DNA of 64,000 bases from Callorhinchus milii (taxonomy: Eukaryota): NCBI RefSeq assembly GCF_018977255.1, contig NW_024704742.1, positions 47,370,001-47,434,000 on the forward strand, read 5' to 3'. The position numbers were made by a program, and so were the translations under genes. Of this stretch, positions 25,965-39,502 are shown in pieces. Within the stretch, counting starts at the first letter, position 1, and each line of letters starts with the position of its first letter. Below the pieces are notes generated by a model. The model had not been told where the DNA came from and made no database searches. It saw only the letters and a program-made list of their open reading frames with translations.

Positions 25965-26090
25965 ATAAAAACAGAAGTCACAGAGAACACTCAGCAAGTT
26001 AGTCAGCATCTATGGAGAGAGGAAAGTAAGTTAACATTTCAGGTCGATTTTTTAAAAGATTTCCAGCATCTGCAGTATTTGCCTTTTGTT
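25965..26090. mobile_element. Short Penelope-like inverted end fragment
   Basis: Antisense ACTCAGCAAGTTAGTCAGCATCTATGGAGAG...TTTCAGGTC followed by sense AGATTTCCAGCATCTGCAGTATTT. Confidence 0.6.
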
Positions 26091-26094
26091 TATT

Positions 26095-26460
26095 ATAATA
26101 AATAATCCTTGCATTTGATAAGAGTGCCTTTCACATCAGTAGAACTTCTCAAAATGTTTTACTGGATTTACTGTAAAGTAGAGCCAATATATACTTTGTA
26201 GGCAAACATAGCAACCAATTTGCACACAACAATGTCTCACAAACAATTATGAAAGTATATGATCACTTTTGGGGATTGTTGACCAGGACACCAGGAGAAA
26301 CTACCTTTTCTTTGCAAATAATACTTTGGGATCTTTAATGTCTACCTTAACAGGCAAATGATCCTTGATTTCGTGTCTCGTCCAAAGGATGGCACCTCCA
26401 ACAATACAGTCTGGATTGTGAGTTCAAAATCCCGACATGGGGCGTGAATCCACAAACTTC
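26095..26460 (-). mobile_element. Old DeuSINE-like SINE
   Basis: Antisense tail and body (GGGATCTTTAATGTCTACC...GTCTCGTCCAAAGGATGGCACCTCC). Confidence 0.72.
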
Positions 26461-26542
26461 CTACGGGTTTGTTCCACCCCCCCACACCCCCAGACACCCA
26501 CCCAGCGCTCCAAACTCGGTTGCTAAATCCCTTGTGAGGAGA

Positions 26543-27024
26543 GGAGATTTACAAGAATGGTACCAGGATTGAGGGACCTTGGTTATGAGGAAAGGCTAGA
26601 GAGGACAGGATTATTCTCATTGGAGCAGAGAAGGTTACGAGGAGACCTAATAGAGATCTTCAAAATCATGAGGGGATTTGATAGGTTAGAAAGGAAAAAA
26701 CTGTTTCCACTGGTGGGTGTGTCGGTGACTCGAGGTCACAGATTCAAAATAGTCTCTAAAAGAAGCAGAGGGGAGGTGAGAAGAAATTTTTTCACGCAGA
26801 GTTGTTCGAATCTGGAACGCATTGCCTGAAAGGATGGACGAGGCTGATTCGATAACTACTTTTAAAAACGCGGTGGACGGATATTTGAGGAGGATGGGTT
26901 TGCAGGGTTATGGGGAAAGAGCTGGGAGTGGGATTGACATTAATTGCTCTATTCAAAGAGTCGGCACAAACTCGTTGGGCCGAATGGCCTCTTTTTGTGC
27001 TGTACGATTCTATGATTCTATGAA
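26543..27024 (+). mobile_element. CR1 3' fragment, second subfamily
   Basis: YEERLERTGLFSLEQRRLRGDLIEIFKIM...TRGHRFK, with a (GATTCTAT)n tail. Confidence 0.93.
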
Positions 27025-27759
27025 GGAAGTGCTTTCTTTTCCCCAACCATTGCATAGTGCTTCGATTAAATGTGCACTTCCCCCAATAACCAGGAACTGC
27101 TGGCCACTTTCAATAATGACATTCCACAACAAGATCAACAGGCTGTGGAGGGAGATTTCAACCAGCATGCAGGAACCACTGTGCTTTTGGCCCCGGTTTG
27201 CAGAAACAAACCTTTCCATTGTCTTAAAATGCAAGCTACAATCTGAAGCTGATCGAGAGATAAACTACAAGACTTATGTCTGTGTTCTTAACTACTGATT
27301 CTGAGTCTTCAGTGATGAACTCATTCACAAATCACAGGTATAACATTGGAGAGGCGCTTGAATGTAAGTTGTTCACTGTTTTGTAAATGTACAACACCTA
27401 AAAGATCATCCCTCAGTTCTTGCACATGAAGATGAAACGCCACCTTCAAGGAAGTGCCTCAAATTCACTACCTATTATATATTTACTGGTTTGTGGCTGC
27501 TGGTTGTCTTATGGTTACTTCTTTATATTCTCCTTCTTTAAATGTTTGTGGTCATTTTTTGGAGTGTGTTTACATTGATGTTTATTTGTTTAACATGTAC
27601 ACAATTGGCTATGCTTTGTAAGTGATGGTGGCTGCAATGATATTAATGGCATGATTTATTTGTTACTTTTACACACATATTTTACCTGATTCAGTAGCAC
27701 TCTCATCTCTGAGTCAAAAGGTTGTGGGTTTAAGGAGTACATTGGGACTTTGAACTCAA

Positions 27760-28093
27760 GAGGTTCACAAAGTCCTCTTATGCCCTGTTACAAAACAGCG
27801 ATATGAGACTACGGAGGAGCTGAAACAAGCTGTTAGAGATGCATTTCGCCTCCTCACTCCATCATGTTGTGGAAGATGTCACACCAAACATGGTGACAGA
27901 TCATTTTCTGCCATGAAAGCGATGGCGCTCACACTGATCCTCTGGATGTCTAAATACAATTAAACACTTGTACTGAATACAATTCAGTACCCTCTAAATA
28001 CAAATATCATCATTCTTCCACATGTTTCAGTTGTTGGTCAGTGCACTGTAGAAACAAAATATGGAGGTAACGGGTCTTTATGGACACCCTGTA
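27760..28093 (+). mobile_element. Tc1/mariner-type DNA transposon, right-end fragment (transposase C-terminus + terminal repeat + TA)
   Basis: Manual translation from 27793 gives KQRYETTEELKQAVRDAFRLLTP/MLWKMSHQTW*QIIFCHESDGAHTDPLDV* (one frameshift, stop at 27951-27953). The fragment ends ATGGACACCCTG-TA. It is nested in an old SINE (27690-28305). Confidence 0.75.
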
Positions 28094-28304
28094 GTCCAGA
28101 CTGATACTCCAATATAGTGCCAGGGAGAGCTTCATTTTTCAGATAAGTCCAGACTTCAGATGAGACATTAAATCAAGGTCTTCTCTGCCCATTAAGGTTG
28201 ACATTAAAGATCCAATAGCACTTTCTGAAAAAAGGGAAGAGTTTCAGTTGTTCTGATCAATAATCCCCATGTAAAATGGGTCATTCACTTCATGACTGTT
28301 TTTA

Positions 28305-28735
28305 TAATAATCCTTTACATTTGACTTAGCACCTTATCATGTCGCGAAATGTCTCAAAGTGCTTCAAAGGATATACTGTAAAGTGGAGTGACTGTATTTT
28401 GTGGTGAAATCGGCAGCCAGTTTGCGCACAGCAACATCCCACAAACAGATATGGAGTGAGTGACTGATTTTATTTGGGGGATTTGTTGGGCAGGACACCG
28501 GGAAAAGCTCCCTTCTTTTTTCGAATAATGGCATGGGATCCTTGATGTCCGCCCTGAACAGGGCACAGAAGAGGAGCACGGTTTATAGTCTCATCCAAAG
28601 AACGGCACCTCTTACGTTGCAATGCACCCCAAATACTGCATTGGAGTGTCAGCTTAGATGGTGTGATTCCAAGTCCTGATGTGGGGCTTGAATCCACAGC
28701 CTCTGACTCAAGGGTGAGAGTGCTACCACTGATTT
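28305..28735 (-). mobile_element. DeuSINE-like SINE, near full length
   Basis: Antisense head (CTCTGACTCAAGGGTGAGAGTGCTACCACTGA), body and L2-like tail. Confidence 0.85.
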
Positions 28736-29683
28736 TAGGAGGCAAACTGTCTGTTACATTCACCTACAAGATGCTTTGGTACTAAACCTATTTCTTCAAA
28801 TCAGATATACAAGATAGCATTACCCAGTTTACAACAAAAATCTGCCCTGTTGAAGGCGGCAAACAAGTTCCTCTTGTCCATTTTAGTATCCCTATAATAT
28901 CAGCTATGTTTGTTTTGTCCTCCATTCTCTTTAAGGATACATAGCATCTTTCAGAGCTGAATTTAGCTGCAGCCTTTTTAACCCTCCAAACCTTACAAAG
29001 TGTAATATTCTTCTCCTCCTGATGTTCTATGACCCTGTTCTATGCATCATCTAAGGTGTAAAGGAGAATATATGGAGGCAAACAATAACCAAATGAAAAC
29101 TATGCAGAGCGGTTGAATAAACAGTGTCAAAGGTGATGTGAATTTTGGCAAAATAAACTCAAACATTATCATCATGTAAGTATAGTACTGTATTTTAATT
29201 TCTCTGCCGATAACAGAAGCAGGTCCATTTCTCAGTTCAGGATGAACTTTATGTGCCTAATGCATTTCTTGGTTTAATTATAAGGAAGGCATTATAAAAT
29301 GTTGCAAAAATCGCCCCACAGTTCTGAATCACCAGTTAATTAAATACATCAAGACAATAAGAAGCTTGTTCATAAGATCGGTTTGTATGAAAATGGTCAT
29401 TTGCCCATCTGATCTCATTCGCCTACAAAATACATTCTGCAGTTTCTGATATATTAGGATTACTATAAAGTATAGTGACCATGCATTGTAGGCAAACACA
29501 GAAGCAATTTGCACAGAACAATGACTTACAAACAGCCATGACGTAAATGACCTATTTTATTCTTGGCGAAGACCTGTCTGTCTGTTCGTCTGAACCTCTC
29601 TTGTGATCTTGCAGCTGCTCTCTCCAACATTAGGTAGCAGAGTACATCACTCTGAGGAGAGAGTGTGCACTTCATACACAGTT

Positions 29684-30499
29684 TCAAAGGGACTTAGATC
29701 GATTAAGTGAGTGGGCAAAACTGTGGCAGATGGAGTTCAATGTAGGGAAGTGCAAGTTCATACACTATGGATTGAAAAAAAATAAAGCAGAATATTTTTT
29801 TAATTGGGAGAGACTAAGAACTGTGAAGATGCAAAGGGATTTAGGTGTCCATGTCCACAAATCACTAAAAACTAGTTCCCAGTTGCAAAAAGTAATCAAA
29901 AAGGCTAATGTAATCTTGGCCTTTATCTCAAGGGACCTGGAATACAAGGGGGAGGAAATGATGTTTTAGCTGTAGAGAGCGTTGGTCAGACCCCATCTGG
30001 AGTATTGCGTTCAGTTTTGGGCACCACACCTCAGGAAAGATATATTGACCCTGAAGCGTGTGCAGTGCAAGTTCACCAGAATGTTACCAGGCTTTAAAGG
30101 GTTAAGTTACAAGGAAAGGCTGCATAAACACCTCAATGATCTCATTGAGGTGCTTAAGATGATAAATAGGGTAGATACAGAGAAGCTATTTCCTCTGGTG
30201 AGGAAATCCAAAACAAGGGGCACAGCTTTAAAATTAGAACCAGGCCGTTTAAGAGTGAAATCCGGAAGCAGTTTTTCCACTCAAAGGGTGGTAGAAATCT
30301 GGAACTCTTTCCTCAAAAAGTCTGTGGATGCTGGATCCATCCACATCTTCAAGAGTGAGGTTAGGGTATCAAGGGATATGGGGAAAAAGCAGGAAATTGG
30401 AATTGACAAGATTAGTTGAGGTACAGATCAGCCATGATCTAATTGAATGCGGAACTGGCTAAAAGGGCTGAATGGCCTATTCCTGTTCCTATGTTCCTA
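29684..30499 (+). mobile_element. CR1 3' fragment, decayed
   Basis: WQMEFNVGKC and VRPHLEYCVQFWAPHLRKDI, with a CCTGTTCCTATGTTCCTAT tail. Confidence 0.92.
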
Positions 30500-31276
30500 T
30501 ACCAGAAAGATTGAGATTTCTTTGCATTTATTGGATTTTCAGTAGTTTGGTTTCAATATGGTGATGGGTTTTCACATGTATCAGACACCAGGCTGACTGA
30601 AACAAACTTTTGGAATAGGTTCTGATCAGAAATGCTTTAATGTCTTCCTCTTTCGTGTGTTTTATTTAACATTTGAACAAGACAGAAAAGTTTAATTTTG
30701 AAAATTCTAAATATATCATGATATTTACTCTCAGAGGTATTAAGGAACATGCAAAATTGTCTGTCATGTGGTCTGTGACTATGGTACATAATCTGGTACA
30801 CGATACATGACCATTACATTATAAACGTTATAGGTTTTTTAATTCCTTTTAGTGCAACTAACATAAAATTCTAATTAAAAGTGCAAGTCAATACTTACAC
30901 CAACAAGATTTTGATAACATTTCATAATATATTGTCCACATTCCCATAGAAACATGTTATATTTTCTAAGTGTTTCCTTGACTCACTTTTTGAAATCAAG
31001 CCAATAATTCTGTGGTAGTGTCTTCAAATATCTTGTCAGTACTTCCACAAAGAGCTCTTTAACAGACTGCCAATATTTCCATACAGGTGTTACAAGTAAG
31101 CATATTGTTTCAGTTAAATTGAAACTAAATTCATGTAGTCATTAGTCATTATATTATTCACTTTATCTCCACTTGTTTCTGCCATATTTTGCTTACTGTT
31201 TATCATTCCAATGGCTGGAGCATTCTATGACAAACATCCTATTGATATATTCTGCATGGGTATGATATCTTTGTTG

Positions 31277-32110
31277 TCAGTCTGGCTCAGTTGATAGTAT
31301 TCTGAGTCAAAAGGTTATAGGTTCAAGCCCATGTTAGGACTTTATAACAAATAATTAATGTATTTGATATAGATCTTAATACATTGTCGAGATGTGTCAA
31401 AACACTTCACAGGATATATTGTAAAGGATGTTACTGTGCATTTTGGAGGTGAACGTAAGAGCTAAATTGCTCACAGTAAAATTTCATAAACAGACATCAA
31501 ATGAGCGACCAATTTTATTTGGAGGATTGTTGGCCAGGGCACTGGGATAAACTCACTTCTTTTTTCAAATAGTGCCGTAGGATCTTTAACATCCACCTGA
31601 ATGGACAGAAAGGACCTTGGTTTATCTTTTCATCTGAAGAATGATATCTCCAACAAAGAAGCACACCTCTAGCACTGCATTGGAGTGTCAACATAAATAA
31701 AGGATATCAAGTCCTAAAGTGGGGTTTAAACCTACACCCTCCTGACTTAGAGATTAGAGTACTACCAAATGAGCCAGGCTGACAACTGAACAAACAGTCT
31801 CGTCTGACACCCCAATGCAATGCACGGGGTATGATGCATTGTTGGAGATGCTATTGAGCCATTAGAATAAGGTCTCGTCTGCCTGTTCAGGTTAATGCTC
31901 TACCTCCGACACAACATTTGAAAGTCAACCTGAACTATGAGCTCAAGTCACCCAAAAATACACAGTCAGACCCTTGTTCAGCATCTCATTCAAATGACAG
32001 AACCTCCAACAATGCAGGATTCCTCCTAGCATTTCACTGGGAGAGTCAGCCGAGACGATGAACTAAGGATCAACCTTCTGATCCAAGGGTGGGAATGCTA
32101 TCAACTAAAG
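31277..32110. mobile_element. Cluster of old DeuSINE-like copies and fragments in both orientations
   Basis: Sense head at 31277, near-complete antisense copy ~31355-31785, further fragments 31800-32110. Confidence 0.7.
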
Positions 32111-33434
32111 CAAATGTTTAAAACAAAGATTCCTGCTGTTGCTTAACTATTGAATGGTACGCTGAGTTCTTCATTTATATTCTTTTTGCATACCTGTGGA
32201 ATTCATAATGCCAGGATGACATGAAGTAAAGTTTTTTTAACTGTAATGCATGTAAACACTTGCAGTATATTACAGTGTGTGGAGGAGTATTTTCAGCAAT
32301 TTGAGAAGCCAAATTAACATTCCTCCTCACTCTTTAGAATGTTTGTTGATATATTTTGGCGAGCCGGGTGTCTTTTACACGTAGCAACCTATTACCATGC
32401 TTTAGAGTTTTCAAATCACATTACTGAGAGTTCTACATATGGATGGAAATTTCTATTTGTCTGCTCATCAGCCAAATGTGCATGCTTTCTCCATGAAGGA
32501 ACAGACTCTGTGTACCTCATTACGGAGAGTTTAGGTACAGGTTGGCAAAAAAAAATTACTATGAGATTTTCCATTTTAAACTTATGCTCTCCCTTATAAT
32601 CAAAGTCAAATAATGTGTTTACAGGTGGATTGAAAAATTATCAACAGAAAAACAGCAGAAAGGATTATGCTTTATTCCAAAAATATATTATAATTCCAAG
32701 ATTTCAAACTTTAAATTGAAGAAAGAGGCTTGTAGAGTTGTTCTGATTTAAAAAAAAACATGATTCAGGGCTTTAAAAAGAACTGAGAAGCATTAGTTGA
32801 GATGTTGGTTCCATTCCAATACATATCTCAATAATTTCCAGGTGCAGGTAGCATTCATGGAACTTTGGCTTAAGAATGACGATGGGCTTCCACATGAGTC
32901 TGACACTGACCTGGCTGACCAAAACAAAAAGCCCATTCGCTGTGTTAAATAGCACAGGAACCACAAATATGACCCAAATATTTGATATTTGATGTGTCTA
33001 AGGGTAAAATAATGAAATGTATTTTTTGGTTTGGATGAAATGCCCTTGAGATGTACGAGATAAACTTTGTTGACGGAAACTTCACGACCGGAAACCTTCG
33101 GTAAATGTTGAATAATCGCATCTAAATCTTAGAGGCAGGTTGACGCTTGGGTGTTATCCTTCACCACAAAATGAGTCTGTTGTCTAAAAGGCATGGCGGA
33201 TTACCTGATCAAATCCCAGTTGAATTCTTTTTCAGTATATTACATAACAACCAATTTCTACTTGCATAAACAGTAGAAGCTCAATGAATTGGCAAGACAG
33301 TCTGTTGCGTTGCAGTTTTGTTTTGAGACATATATTGTATAGCATCCAGTAGTAACCAACATAATAGTCCATTGAAAGCTTTAATAATGCTACTTAATCT
33401 AATCCAATAATCCTTTCTCATTTGTTTTGGAACA

Positions 33435-33785
33435 AGCCTGGTGCAGTGGAAACCCTCTTGCCTCTGTGTCAAAACGTTGAGGGTCCAAGCCGCATGTCGG
33501 GACTTGGAATCACATAGTCTAAGATAACACTCCAATGCAGTGCTGGGAGGGTGTTGTATTGTCGGAAGTGGGAGTTTCTCCCAGTGTCCTGGCCAGCAAT
33601 CCCCCAAATAAAATTGGTGATTCACTCCATTGTTCTTTGTGGGACATTGCTGGGCGTAATTGGCTGTCGCATTTCACCCACAAAGTATAGTCAATCCATT
33701 TTACAGTATATCCCGTGAAACCGTTTGAGATGCCTCAATGATGTGGTAAGGCCCTATATCAAACGCAAGAATTATTATGATTATT
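33435..33785 (+). mobile_element. Old DeuSINE-like SINE with internal deletion
   Basis: ACACTCCAATGCAGTGCTGGGAGGGTGTTGTATTGTCGGA|GGGAGTTTCTCCCAGTGTCCTGGCC...tail. Confidence 0.75.
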
Positions 33786-34809
33786 TCTGTAACCATCCTT
33801 ATACTATCTCTCTGCAGTATGTCTGATTAATTTTGATTTTCTTTATTGTATCTGTCCTTAGTTAATTATTTTAAGAATTTCCCCTGCCGCTTAACCCTAT
33901 TACAAGAGCTCCTCCTTACCATAATGTTCTTTGAAGCAGGGTAAAATCTAATAATATATTGATTATATATGATTTCATATCAATAGAGAGCACATAATTA
34001 AATATTTTCTATTTTAATGTTTTATTCAAAGAACAGAACTTCCAAACAGTGGAGCCCTCCTCAATACTGCACTGGAATATGAGCTCAAATCTTGGGATGA
34101 GAATCAAATTCACAACCTTAAAATCCAGAATCAGTCTCAATGCACGCAGCAAGGTTGAATAGCACCACAAGAATAATAGTTCTTTGTAGATGGTATTAGA
34201 TTTATCAGACCACCAAATCAATTTTCCAACAGTGATGATGAGTCAGGATTCTTGTGAAATCTCCGTTAGGCAATGGACTTTGGTTTTGTTTGCATGAAAG
34301 AAACATGTAGACAAGAATATCTATTGTGTGTAATTTGGTTTCACTGTAGACATTGCATCATATTTTGAAACTAAATAATAATTATCATTGATCATATCTT
34401 TTACCATAACCTGGCTGTAAAGATGCTGCTATGTGCTAATTTAATGCCGTTTACTAGTTTGTGTATCATTTGAGAATTTTAACATATCTTCAGCAGATAG
34501 AGTTGATATCTTAATGTAATTAAAGTTAATGTTACTTTACTCTTCAGTTCATTCTTCTTGTTTTTCTTTGGTCAGCCATGGGCTATCCATCACAATACTT
34601 AAGGGTATCCAATGTTTAAGGAGAGTTCCACATATGTATGCCACTTATACATGGAAATTTCCCTGTACCTGGACTATTCTTCCTTATTAATAGAATAGAA
34701 TGTGGAGGGGAAGAGAATTTCATTGCTTGTCTCTGTGGTTTCAAGGGAGTTGTATAGTAATTGACTGCGTAAACTCCAGTGTATAGAGTATTTGGTGCAA
34801 GTACTACGG

Positions 34810-35258
34810 GTGGAGCCCCATAGCATAGTGGTTAGAGCACACCCCTGATAAGCAAGAAAAACAAGTTCAATTCCTGTGTGGGACAAAACCCTAGGCAATT
34901 TTCCTTACTCCACATGCCTCTGTTTACCAAACAGTAAATAGGAACCCGGTTGCTAAGTTTTCATTTTACCTAGCAGTTAAATTGTTGGCGGATTGCTTTC
35001 CAGGGATAATAATTCCTTCAATAAATAAGTAAATAAAATAATCATTTTACTCTTCCAAAATAGCCCCAAAATAAATCCTTCAAATAAAATTGGTCACTCA
35101 ATCCACGACTGTTTGTAGGACACTGCTGTGCGCAATTGGCTACCGTGCTTCGCCCACAAAATTTATAATCAATTCATTTTACAATATATTCTGTGAAGTG
35201 CTTTGAGACATCTCAACAATGTGATAAGTCGTTATTTCAAACACAATGATTATTATTA
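34810..35258 (+). mobile_element. tRNA SINE, long variant with small internal duplications
   Basis: Head at 34810, TTTACC(A/T)A(A/G)CAGT repeated, tail ending 35258. Confidence 0.82.
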
Positions 35259-36439
35259 AATACGTTACTAATCCCAAGGGCACTCACTCAGCAAGCTATA
35301 AATTCCACTTGGCAGCGAATGAGGCAGCCAATTTGTGCACGGCAAAGTCCCAGAAGCAGCGACGAAGTGAATGACCAATTTATTTAAGGGACTTGTTTTG
35401 GGGTTATTTTTGGTCAGATGGGTACCTGACCTATTCAGAAACCCATAACATGCTTATGAATATCCAAACCGGACTGAGTTCCATGTATGTCCCTATAAAT
35501 GGAAATTCCCTTATTTGAAATAGAATGCCACTCTCTCCCCAGTTTTTCTTTGTTATTTATTTAATTCCTTATTGCTTGTCCAGGTAGGACAACCCTCCCT
35601 TTTGAGGGTTAATGGGAGCTGAGCGGGAAGAATCCTTGATACAGAAAACGATCTGCCCCTTCAAGTCCTCCTGGTGTGCCAGGTTGGATGGTCTATCATC
35701 AGGAGTGCCCTGGAATATTCCAGACCTGCCTAGCTCAGGAACTAGACTACCAAGGTATTCACAGAGGATTGATTAGATTCTGACATTCCATTCTTAAGCA
35801 AGTATTAGTATTATTATAAGTCACCTAGTAATTCAGCTCCAAGGATTTTTACCCCAAAGTTTAATTTTGACACGTTTGCCCTTTTAAGTGCAGTTTCAAA
35901 AAACATCACATTTCACTGGCTTCTTACAAATACCATGGAGAATGTCAGACTGATTAGGACTGCGCCAATTTGAAAAACTACCTGAGGAATCTGGTTACAG
36001 TCATTCTAAATCAACTTATAGTATCAGAGAAGGAAGTTATGCACTTCATTGTACAGAAGGAAAACTTTCTTATGGGAGAGGATTTCAACTATGCTGCATA
36101 ATGAAATGCAAACATACTAATATGAAGAATATCCACTGAAATATACAATGAAGTGCATAACTACAAGTGTGTATTTACTAATGTAGCATGTATACTAAGA
36201 TCATTGTAACATGACAAAGCTGGAAGTGGTAAAGAGGGCATTGCCACTCCCCCACCCCACCCAAGTTCATCTATTGAAACACATGATCGTACACGTCAGG
36301 GTAGCTGCAATAAACAAAGAGAACAGCAACCAGATTATACCCGTCCTCACATCTAAATTCTTAGAAAAGTACTTCTGATTAGGATTTACACCTCTCTTAT
36401 TACAGACGTGCCGTTTACTTCGGCAAAGTAAGCGGGGTC

Positions 36440-36958
36440 TCCTTGGAGTTGAACTGGCTCCAAAGTTGCGTGTCTGGCAACGGAATATTGAAATCGAGCC
36501 AGCTCTCTGTGGTGATCTTGCTGGTCCAGTTCCTCAGTCAGGTCGGTCCGCAGTATTTCAGGCCATTGCTGATGACAGCACAGTCAGCCTGGCTCAGCTG
36601 GAGGATTTGGAGGGGCATAACAGTCACTGGGGGCAGGAAATCAGTACTTGTTAACCCTGCAAGCCGAAGGGTAGTCCCAGCTGGACAAGCAGCAGTAAAG
36701 CTTGTGAAACCGTGCTATTAATGGCAAGCTGTGTGGTTTTAGACACTGGCAATAGTCCCCACACACACTCTGGGGTTTCCAAGCCTTGGCTCCTGCTAAC
36801 CTACGCTTCCCTCCAGGGAGAGAGTGCACATTCCATTCCAACAATCTATCTCTGGGATTTCCAAGTGTAGGTGACATGCATGGAAATCTTGGCTTGGAGA
36901 CTCTTAAGCACGGTGAAGGTATTCTGTGTGTGTCAGACACCTGACTGACCCAAAAACA
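36440..36958 (+). repeat. Unclassified dispersed repeat, long copy
   Basis: Colinear with 14580-15100(-). Ends GTCAGACACCTGACTGACCCAAAAA. Confidence 0.75.
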
Positions 36959-37462
36959 TATATTATGGCAAAAGTTATTACAAATAGGCACAGATATATA
37001 TTTTCAAAATAATCCCAGATTATTTGTTAGAAAATGGACTTGAAAAATACTTATTACATTGCAAGCTATAAATTCCTCAGGGAAGACAAGCCCTCTTCAA
37101 CAATGGAATAATTTCTGAAAATACAATGATGGCACATTGCATACATTGCCTTTGAGTCACTGCCTGCTCACCTTCTGCCTGAGAAATGCCCCTCCCTAAA
37201 TGGCCATTGCTTTATTTTGTTACACAGGTTGCATGAATTTGTGTAATGTGCCTTAAAGCTATGTGTGCTGTATAAAGAATTGGGGGTCAGAAAAAGTGTC
37301 TCAGGACACAAAGTTTATCTGCTCCAGACATACCCATGGATATCATGCCAACTCACAAGATCTTCCCTCCAACCCCAAAATTTCAGGATTCGGACTGATT
37401 CCCCGCAGGAGATGTACTTCACGTGTCGCGAACTTCATTGTCTGGCGTAACTGTCTAGCATT

Positions 37463-37761
37463 GTGAAGTCCTGTAGCTCAGTGGTTAGAGCACTCGCCTT
37501 GCAAGCAAGATACCTGGGTTCAATTCCAGGAAGGGTGAAACCTTGGGCAAGTTTCCTTACTCTACACGCCTAATAATAATCCCTCAAAAAAACAATAATA
37601 AATTGTTCATTTTCAATTCACGACTGTTTGTGGGACACTGCTGTGCGCAATTGGCTGCCGCATTTCACCCACACATATACAGTCAATTCACTTTACAGTT
37701 TATTCTGTGAAGCGTCTAGAAGACGTGAAAAGCGCTATATCAAATGCAAGGATTATTATTA
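37463..37761 (+). mobile_element. Young tRNA SINE, short variant
   Basis: Homologous to 4854-5166. Confidence 0.9.
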
Positions 37762-38744
37762 ATAGTCATTGCTAATGTTGCCATTTTCTCACTGAGTAAA
37801 TCCTAGTATCACGGAAGTAAAACCAAATATTGTGTCCACCCTAACCTTGCCCCAGTAAAATTCTTATTACTGTACATAGAACGTCAACTTGTCCATGTTT
37901 CTGTAAGCCATTTTTTCAAATAATACACACCTCCTATAGAAACTAAGAGAACCATTTGGAGATTAGGATCAAATTGGCACAAACTACTAAGAACCGGGAT
38001 TAGCAAAACAGGAGCTTTACTTTGTGATGTTGTAATTGGTGATGCCACTGCTTAGAGTGAAACTTTAATAAGCACTCCAGTAAGTGTGAGGTGGATCTCT
38101 GGCTTGCCTTAACTGATATCTGCTAAAGCAGCAGTTGGCTTTGACCACGATGGAAAAAATCAGCTACGTTTCCTCATCCATTAGCCAAATATGCCCAGGT
38201 GTGAGCGTTACATGTCAGTGGCTTGATACCTTATATTACTGAGTTTAATCACACATAACAGGAAAGCTGTTTACGTTAACAGAGTTGTCATTCTTGTCAA
38301 GCAATAGATCATATGATTTCCAGAAGTCATTGGAACATGTATTGGCAGTCCGAAATTCACAGGTTTTTTTTGTCTCACTGTTTTAAAATTTAGGATCCTA
38401 TGGAATTTTGGAGCAGACTTGAATTCAGTCTTAATTTCGAAACCAGATTCCAAATTTTAGAATTTTCCAAAATTCTTCACAACCTTAAATAAGTGCTTTT
38501 AGAGAACCATTGGCCAGTTGGGACTTGAGTTCTCAACAGCAGAAACTCTATCTGATTTCCTCGTCTCTAGCCCAGGAGCACTGAGCCTAATTGTACTAAC
38601 TTCTGCGGTCAAATAGCTACGCATAGACTGCAATTTGAACCCGTCAATTTATATAGTCCAGTGCTGCAATACTTTACCCACTGAACGAGCAGGGCACTCC
38701 CAATACCAAATATGTAATTTTATACTTATTTTTACATTAAGAAG

Positions 38745-39420
38745 ACAGCCTGGCTTAGTTGGTAGCACTCTCACCTTGGAGTCGAAAGGCTGCGAGTTCT
38801 AAGTCCCACATTGAATTTCACCAGAATGATATCAGGGCTTAAAGGGTTAAATTATCGTTTGCATAAACGTGGCCTCTATTCCCTTGAGTTTAGAAGGTTG
38901 ATGGGTGATCTAGTTGAGGTTTTTAAAATAATAAAGAGATTCAATAGGGTAGATACAGAGAAACAATTTTCTCTGGTGGGGAAAATCCGGAAGGAGGGGG
39001 CATGATCTTAAAATTAGAGCTAGGCCATTTAGGAGTGAAATCAGGAGGCAGTCTTTCACCCAAAGGGTAGTGGAACGCTCTCCCCCAAAAGGCTGTGGGA
39101 GCTGGATCCATTTAAATTTTCAAGACTGAGGTGGATAGATAGTTGTTAGGTCAGGGTATCAAGGAATATGGGGCAAGAGCAGGTAATTGGAGTTGAGGTA
39201 CAGATCAGCCATGATCATATAAAGTGGCAGAACAGGTTCGAGGAGCTGAATGGCCTCCTCCTTTTCCTATTTTCCTACATTGAGATTCTGATTTTATAGT
39301 TTCGGACGAAACTTGCAGTGCAGTGCTTTGAGTGTGCTGTATTGTCAGAGATACCGTCTTTCAGATGAGATGTTAAACCAAGGTCCTGTCTGCTTGTTCA
39401 GATGGATGTTAAAGATCCCA
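38745..39420 (+). mobile_element. Old DeuSINE-like SINE interrupted by a CR1 3' fragment (38811-39278)
   Basis: SINE head to AAGTCCCACATTG, then CR1 FTRMISGLKGL...GLYSLEFRRLMGDL, then the SINE resumes at CATTGAGA...CAGATGAGATGTTAAACC. Confidence 0.85.
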
Positions 39421-39502
39421 TATTAAAGCAACCACCTCTATTGCTTTAATAGGGTTGACTGTAGTCAACCCTATTAAAGCAATAGAGGTGGTTGCTTTAA
39501 TA
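39421..39502. repeat. Perfect palindrome, 40-bp arms with 2-nt spacer
   Basis: TATTAAAGCAACCACCTCTATTGCTTTAATAGGGTTGACT-gt-AGTCAACCCTATTAAAGCAATAGAGGTGGTTGCTTTAATA. Confidence 0.97.

Noticed and set aside
32339..32599. 86-aa ORF after a pyrimidine tract and AG
   Set aside because: No recognisable homology and no partner exons.
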